Shown piece by piece: positions 50,436-54,566 of a stretch of DNA of 54,566 bases. The position numbers were made by a program, and so were the translations under genes. The notes under the pieces were generated by a model. The model was not told the DNA's origin, ran no database searches, and worked only from the letters and a program-made list of their open reading frames with translations. This DNA comes from Lysobacteraceae bacterium (GTDB lineage Bacteria; Pseudomonadota; Gammaproteobacteria; Xanthomonadales; Xanthomonadaceae), in NCBI GenBank assembly GCA_018333835.1, contig JAGXSL010000023.1, positions 1 through 54,566 of the forward strand, in the 5' to 3' direction. Position 1 is the first letter of the stretch, and each line of letters opens with the position of its first letter.

Positions 50436-53384
50436 ATGAAGCGTTCCGCCGCCATCGCCCTGTCCAGCCTCGCGATCGCCGTCAAGCTGGCTCTTTCCCC
50501 CGTCGCCGCCCAGTCGCCCGCCACCGGTGCGGTGGTGCAGGCCCAGCCGCGTGGTGCGGCAGCGGTGTGGATCTACGTCTGGCGTGCCGGCCAGCCGGCG
50601 GCGGGCGTCGAGGCCCGTCTGGGTGCCCGCCTGCTCGGCGTCACCACGGCCCAGGGCGTGGTCGGTGGCGCGGCCACGGTCGGGCCGCAGACCGTCGAGA
50701 TCCGTGACGGCGAGCGGCGCTTCGAGGTGCCGCTCGACCTTGCCGCCGACGAGCAGGTGCAGATCGCCGTGCAACTGGTGCCCGGCCGTGCCCCGGTCTA
50801 CACCCTGCGCAGCTCGCGCACCGGCACCCGCACGGTCGATCTCAACCAGGCCGAGGCCGTCACCGATCCGACGCAGGCCGCAGCACGTCCTGAGGCCCGC
50901 CTCGACGCCGTCGAAGTGCAGGGCGAGGCCATGCGCCTCGACGATCAGGCCGCTTATGTCGATCTGGAGCGTATGTCGGTGTCGGTCGACGACACCCTCT
51001 CGATCGAGCAGATTGCCCGTGCCGGCGACACCGACGCCGCCGTGGCCCTGCGCCGCGTGACCGGCCTGACACTGGTCAACAACCGCTTCATCTACGTGCG
51101 TGGCCTGGGCGAGCGCTATTCCTCGGTGCTGCTCAACGGTGCCACCATCCCTTCGCCGGACCCGACCCGCCGCGTGGTGCCGCTCGACCTGTTTCCGACC
51201 GATGTGCTGGAAGGCGTGGTCGTGCAGAAGACCTACACCGCCGACATGCCGGGCGAGTTCGGCGGCGGCACCATCCAGTTGCGCACCCGCTCGGTGCCGC
51301 TGCAGCCTTTCTTCCGCGTCTCGGCCACCGTTGGCGGCAATCAGGGCACGACCTTCGAGGACGGCCTGCGTTACGGTGGCGGCAGCGCCGACTGGACCGG
51401 TCGTGATGATGGCACCCGCGCGCCCGATCCGACCCTCGACGCCCTGCGCCGCGCCGGTGGCATCTTCGCCGGCCGCAGCTTCGCCAATCCGGACGGTTTC
51501 ACCCCGGCCCAGATCGAGGCCGTGGGTGAGCGGGTTGCCGCCAACGGCCGCTACAACACCTTCCCGCAGACGATCGGCCCCGATCTCGGTGCCTCGATGT
51601 CGGCCGGCCAGCGTTTCGAGATCAACGACGAGGTCCGTCTCGGCGTGATGGGGGCCGTGCGTTACTCGCAGGGCTGGGAGAGCCGCGAGGAGGAACGCCG
51701 GGTGTTCCAGGCCAGCCAGGCCGGTCTCGCCGTGTTCAGCGACCTCGACCTGCGCAGCACGACCCGCGAGATCGACGTTTCGGCCTTCACCGTGCTCGGC
51801 CTCGAACTCGGCTCCGACCACCGCCTCAGCCTGACCTCGATGCTGCTCCGCCAGACCGAGGACGAAGCCCGCGAAACCACCGGTCTCAACGACGCCCAGT
51901 TCCTGCAGAGCTACCGCCTCGAATGGGTCGAGAACAGCCTGCGCTCGCACCAGTTGGCCGGCAGTCACCGGCTGCCCTGGTTCGGCGAGATGGCCGATTT
52001 CGAGTGGCAGTACACCGATGCTTTCGCCCGCCGCTTCGCGCCCAATCAGCGCGAGTACGGCTTCAACCTCGATGCGCGGGGTGGCCGCAGCTTCCGCGAC
52101 AACGAGCAGAGCTGGGCCAATCTCGACGACGATGTGCGCTCGCTCGACACCGGCTTCATGGCGCCGTTCGCGCTGGCCGACGGCAACATCTTCGGCACCT
52201 TCGAGGTGAATGCCGGCCGCAGTGAGCGTGAGCGCGACTCCTACCTGCGGCGCTACCGTTTCAATGCCAACCTGGTGCCCATGGCTGTGCTCGGCCTGCC
52301 AAGCCTCGGTGACATGCTGGTGCCGGCCAACATCGGCCCGACCGGGTTCACGCTCGAGGAAAACACCCAGTCGACCGACAACTACGTGGCCGACCAGCGG
52401 ATCGACTACATCGCTCTCAGCACCGACATCACCTTCAACGACCGCTACCGGATCAACCTGGGTGTTCGCCGCGAAGCCAACGACCAGGGAGTTTCCACCT
52501 TCGACATCCAGGGCGTCCGGCCGCCGGTCGAGGCCCGCATCGACGAAGTCGACCTGCTGCCGGCGGTCGGTGCCACCTGGATGATCAATGACGAGCAGCA
52601 GTTCCGTCTGGCTTGGAGCCGCACCCTGTCGCGGCCGGATTTCCGCGAACTCAGCCCGGCGCCTTTCCTTGACCCGATCCTCGACATCATCACGGTCGGC
52701 AACCCGAACTTGGTCACGGCCACGATCACCAACATGGACCTGCGCTGGGAGCGCTATTTCTCGGCCGATGAATCGCTGTCGGTGGCGCTGTTCCGCAAGC
52801 AGTTCGACAATCCGATTGAAAAGCAGCTTTTCCCCGGCTCGGGCTCACTGATCCTGACCTACGCCAACGCCGATTCGGCGACCAACCAGGGCGTCGAGAT
52901 CGACGTGTTCCACCGCCTCGGTTTCGCCAATGACTGGTTCGGCGACGCGGTCGATCTTTCCGACTGGTTCGTGGCCGCCAACTACGCCTGGATCGAATCC
53001 GAGATCCGCCTCGACCCGGCACGCTCGGGTTTCAACACCAGCCTCAGCCGCCCGCTCGAGGGCCAGTCGCCGTATGTCATCAACCTGCAGGTCGGTTACA
53101 ACGACCCTGACGGTGTGCACGACCTTGCCCTGTCCTTCAACCGCAGCGGTGAGCGCATCGTCCAGGTCGGTGTCGATACCCAGCCGGACGTCTACGAGCA
53201 GCCGGCCAATTCGCTCGACTTCAACTGGCGCTGGCAGTTCGCCCAAGATTGGTCGGCGCGGATGCGCCTGCGCAACCTGCTCGATCCCGAAGTCCGTTTC
53301 ATGCAGGGCGACGGCGTGCTTCGCGAGTTCCAGCGTGGCCGCGAGCTGGCTTTCAGCTTCGAGTGGTCGCCCGCCCGCGACTGA
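50436..53384 (+). CDS. TonB-dependent receptor with an N-terminal extension
   Basis: Signal peptide, plug YVRGLGERYSSVLLNG, beta-barrel segments RPDFREL, NLLDP, C-terminal FSFEW; start 50406 or 50436. Confidence 0.92.
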   Translation: MKRSAAIALSSLAIAVKLALSPVAAQSPATGAVVQAQPRGAAAVWIYVWRAGQPAAGVEARLGARLLGVTTAQGVVGGAATVGPQTVEIRDGERRFEVPLDLAADEQVQIAVQLVPGRAPVYTLRSSRTGTRTVDLNQAEAVTDPTQAAARPEARLDAVEVQGEAMRLDDQAAYVDLERMSVSVDDTLSIEQIARAGDTDAAVALRRVTGLTLVNNRFIYVRGLGERYSSVLLNGATIPSPDPTRRVVPLDLFPTDVLEGVVVQKTYTADMPGEFGGGTIQLRTRSVPLQPFFRVSATVGGNQGTTFEDGLRYGGGSADWTGRDDGTRAPDPTLDALRRAGGIFAGRSFANPDGFTPAQIEAVGERVAANGRYNTFPQTIGPDLGASMSAGQRFEINDEVRLGVMGAVRYSQGWESREEERRVFQASQAGLAVFSDLDLRSTTREIDVSAFTVLGLELGSDHRLSLTSMLLRQTEDEARETTGLNDAQFLQSYRLEWVENSLRSHQLAGSHRLPWFGEMADFEWQYTDAFARRFAPNQREYGFNLDARGGRSFRDNEQSWANLDDDVRSLDTGFMAPFALADGNIFGTFEVNAGRSERERDSYLRRYRFNANLVPMAVLGLPSLGDMLVPANIGPTGFTLEENTQSTDNYVADQRIDYIALSTDITFNDRYRINLGVRREANDQGVSTFDIQGVRPPVEARIDEVDLLPAVGATWMINDEQQFRLAWSRTLSRPDFRELSPAPFLDPILDIITVGNPNLVTATITNMDLRWERYFSADESLSVALFRKQFDNPIEKQLFPGSGSLILTYANADSATNQGVEIDVFHRLGFANDWFGDAVDLSDWFVAANYAWIESEIRLDPARSGFNTSLSRPLEGQSPYVINLQVGYNDPDGVHDLALSFNRSGERIVQVGVDTQPDVYEQPANSLDFNWRWQFAQDWSARMRLRNLLDPEVRFMQGDGVLREFQRGRELAFSFEWSPARD

Positions 53385-53405
53385 AGCTCGCGCAAGGCAA
53401 TGCCC

Positions 53406-53438
53406 AACGAGGCCGCCCAGGGGCGGCTTCGTTGTTTG
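53406..53438 (+). terminator. Rho-independent terminator after the TonB-dependent receptor gene
   Basis: Stem AACGAGGCCGCC / GGCGGCTTCGTT followed by GTTT. Confidence 0.7.
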
Positions 53439-53695
53439 CGGGCTTCCCAAGTGGAGGCAAGCTGCCGTAGTTTGGACGGGCTGTTCAGGACTCCCATGCG
53501 TATGACGCCCCGTCTCCTGACCGTGCAATGGCCTTTCCACCGGCCCTTCCACCGTCAATCCGCCACCGCCCTGTTGTTGCCCTTGCGCCGTCGCGGTGGA
53601 GCGTCTCCCGTGGGTTTTCCGTCGATCCCCTCCCGCGCTGGCCGTTCTGGCCGCCGCACCTGTTCCCGACGTTTCCCCCACCCACGGAGTGTTCC

Positions 53696-54566
53696 ATGCG
53701 CGTTCTCGCCTGCGACGGTATCCACGAAGACGGCCTGACCTTATTCCGCGAAGCCGGCTGGTCGGTGCAGACCGCCGATGCCATCAAAGACCCCGGCTCG
53801 CTGTCGCGCGCCTTGGCCGACGTCGATGTGCTGCTCGTCCGCTCGGCCACCAAGGTGCCGGCCGAGGCCCTGGTCCATGCCGCGCAACTGCGCGTGATCG
53901 GTCGCGCCGGCGCCGGTGTCGACACCATCGATGTGGAAGCGGCGACCGAGCGCGGCATCGCGGTGATGAATGCCCCGGACGGCAACACCCTGGCCGCCGC
54001 CGAGCAGGCGCTGGCCCTGCTGTTCGCGCTGGCCCGCCATGTGCCGGCCGCCGATGCCGGCATGAAGGCCGGGCTGTGGCCGAAGAGCGGCCTCACCGGT
54101 TTCGAGCTGGAGGGCAAGCGCCTCGGCGTGATCGGCCTGGGCCGCATCGGCGGCACGGTGGCGCGCAAGGCGCGCGGCATCGGCATGGAGGTCGCCGCCT
54201 TCGATCCCTTCCTGCCGCCGAACGCCGCTGCCAAGACGGCGGTTCCGCTGATGGAGCTCGATGCCCTGCTGGCCTGGGCCGACATCATCAGCCTGCATGT
54301 CCCGCGCACCAAAGAGACCACCAACCTGCTTAGCGCCGAAAAGCTGGCCAAGATGAAGCAGGGCGCCTACCTCATCAATGCAGCGCGTGGCGGCCTGATT
54401 GACGAGGCTGCGCTCTTGAAACTGGTCGAGGACGGTCATCTGGCCGGTGCCGGCCTCGACACCTTCGCCACCGAGCCGCTGCCGGAGGACTCGCCGTTGC
54501 GCACCTGCAAGAAGCTGGTGCTGGCCCCGCACCTCGGTGCCAGCACCTCGGAGGCGCAGCAGGGGG
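53696..54566 (+). CDS. serA: D-3-phosphoglycerate dehydrogenase (truncated by the window end)
   Basis: MRVLACDGIH, VRSATKV, IGRAGAGVDTID, GLGRIG, INAARGG, PHLGAST; RBS GGAG; no stop codon within the window. Confidence 0.85.
   Translation, partial: MRVLACDGIHEDGLTLFREAGWSVQTADAIKDPGSLSRALADVDVLLVRSATKVPAEALVHAAQLRVIGRAGAGVDTIDVEAATERGIAVMNAPDGNTLAAAEQALALLFALARHVPAADAGMKAGLWPKSGLTGFELEGKRLGVIGLGRIGGTVARKARGIGMEVAAFDPFLPPNAAAKTAVPLMELDALLAWADIISLHVPRTKETTNLLSAEKLAKMKQGAYLINAARGGLIDEAALLKLVEDGHLAGAGLDTFATEPLPEDSPLRTCKKLVLAPHLGASTSEAQQG

Noticed and set aside
53440-53695. Known riboswitch (glycine, ZTP, SAM) before serA
   Set aside because: I could not find the conserved cores of these aptamers by eye.

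Overview
High-GC gammaproteobacterial chromosome segment. The gene order (tRNA-Phe, yggX, mutY, asmA-like, ftsY, rsmD, coaD, ferredoxin, ggt; and queA-tgt-yajC-secDF, suhB, trmJ) points to a Xanthomonadales/Lysobacterales host; this is an inference. Positions 1-9.3 kb are accessory DNA: a complete IS1595-family element (1-1072), a prlF-yhaV toxin-antitoxin pair, and a 7040-bp element integrated in the 3' half of tRNA-Phe(GAA). The element encodes a tyrosine integrase, AlpA, a separate CHC2 zinc finger, a Toprim-DUF3987 primase/helicase and an HGGxSTG protein. It also carries an iteron-type origin and a non-coding stretch resembling the cos region of HK97/D3-like phages, but no capsid or terminase genes. 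This is the best candidate for an undescribed system: a minimalist cos-bearing phage satellite. Positions 9.3-54.6 kb are mostly housekeeping and metabolic genes: thrABC, lysine 6-aminotransferase, an alcohol dehydrogenase, queuosine/Sec genes, a c-di-GMP pair, rapA, a degenerate M13 peptidase, a GbsR-cydAB-PCuAC cluster, a TonB-dependent receptor and a truncated serA. Several cis-elements in this part merit testing: a terminator-less thr leader, a hairpin leader before lat, a GbsR operator and a Pho-box-like triplet. All assignments come from motif recognition by eye; no searches were run.
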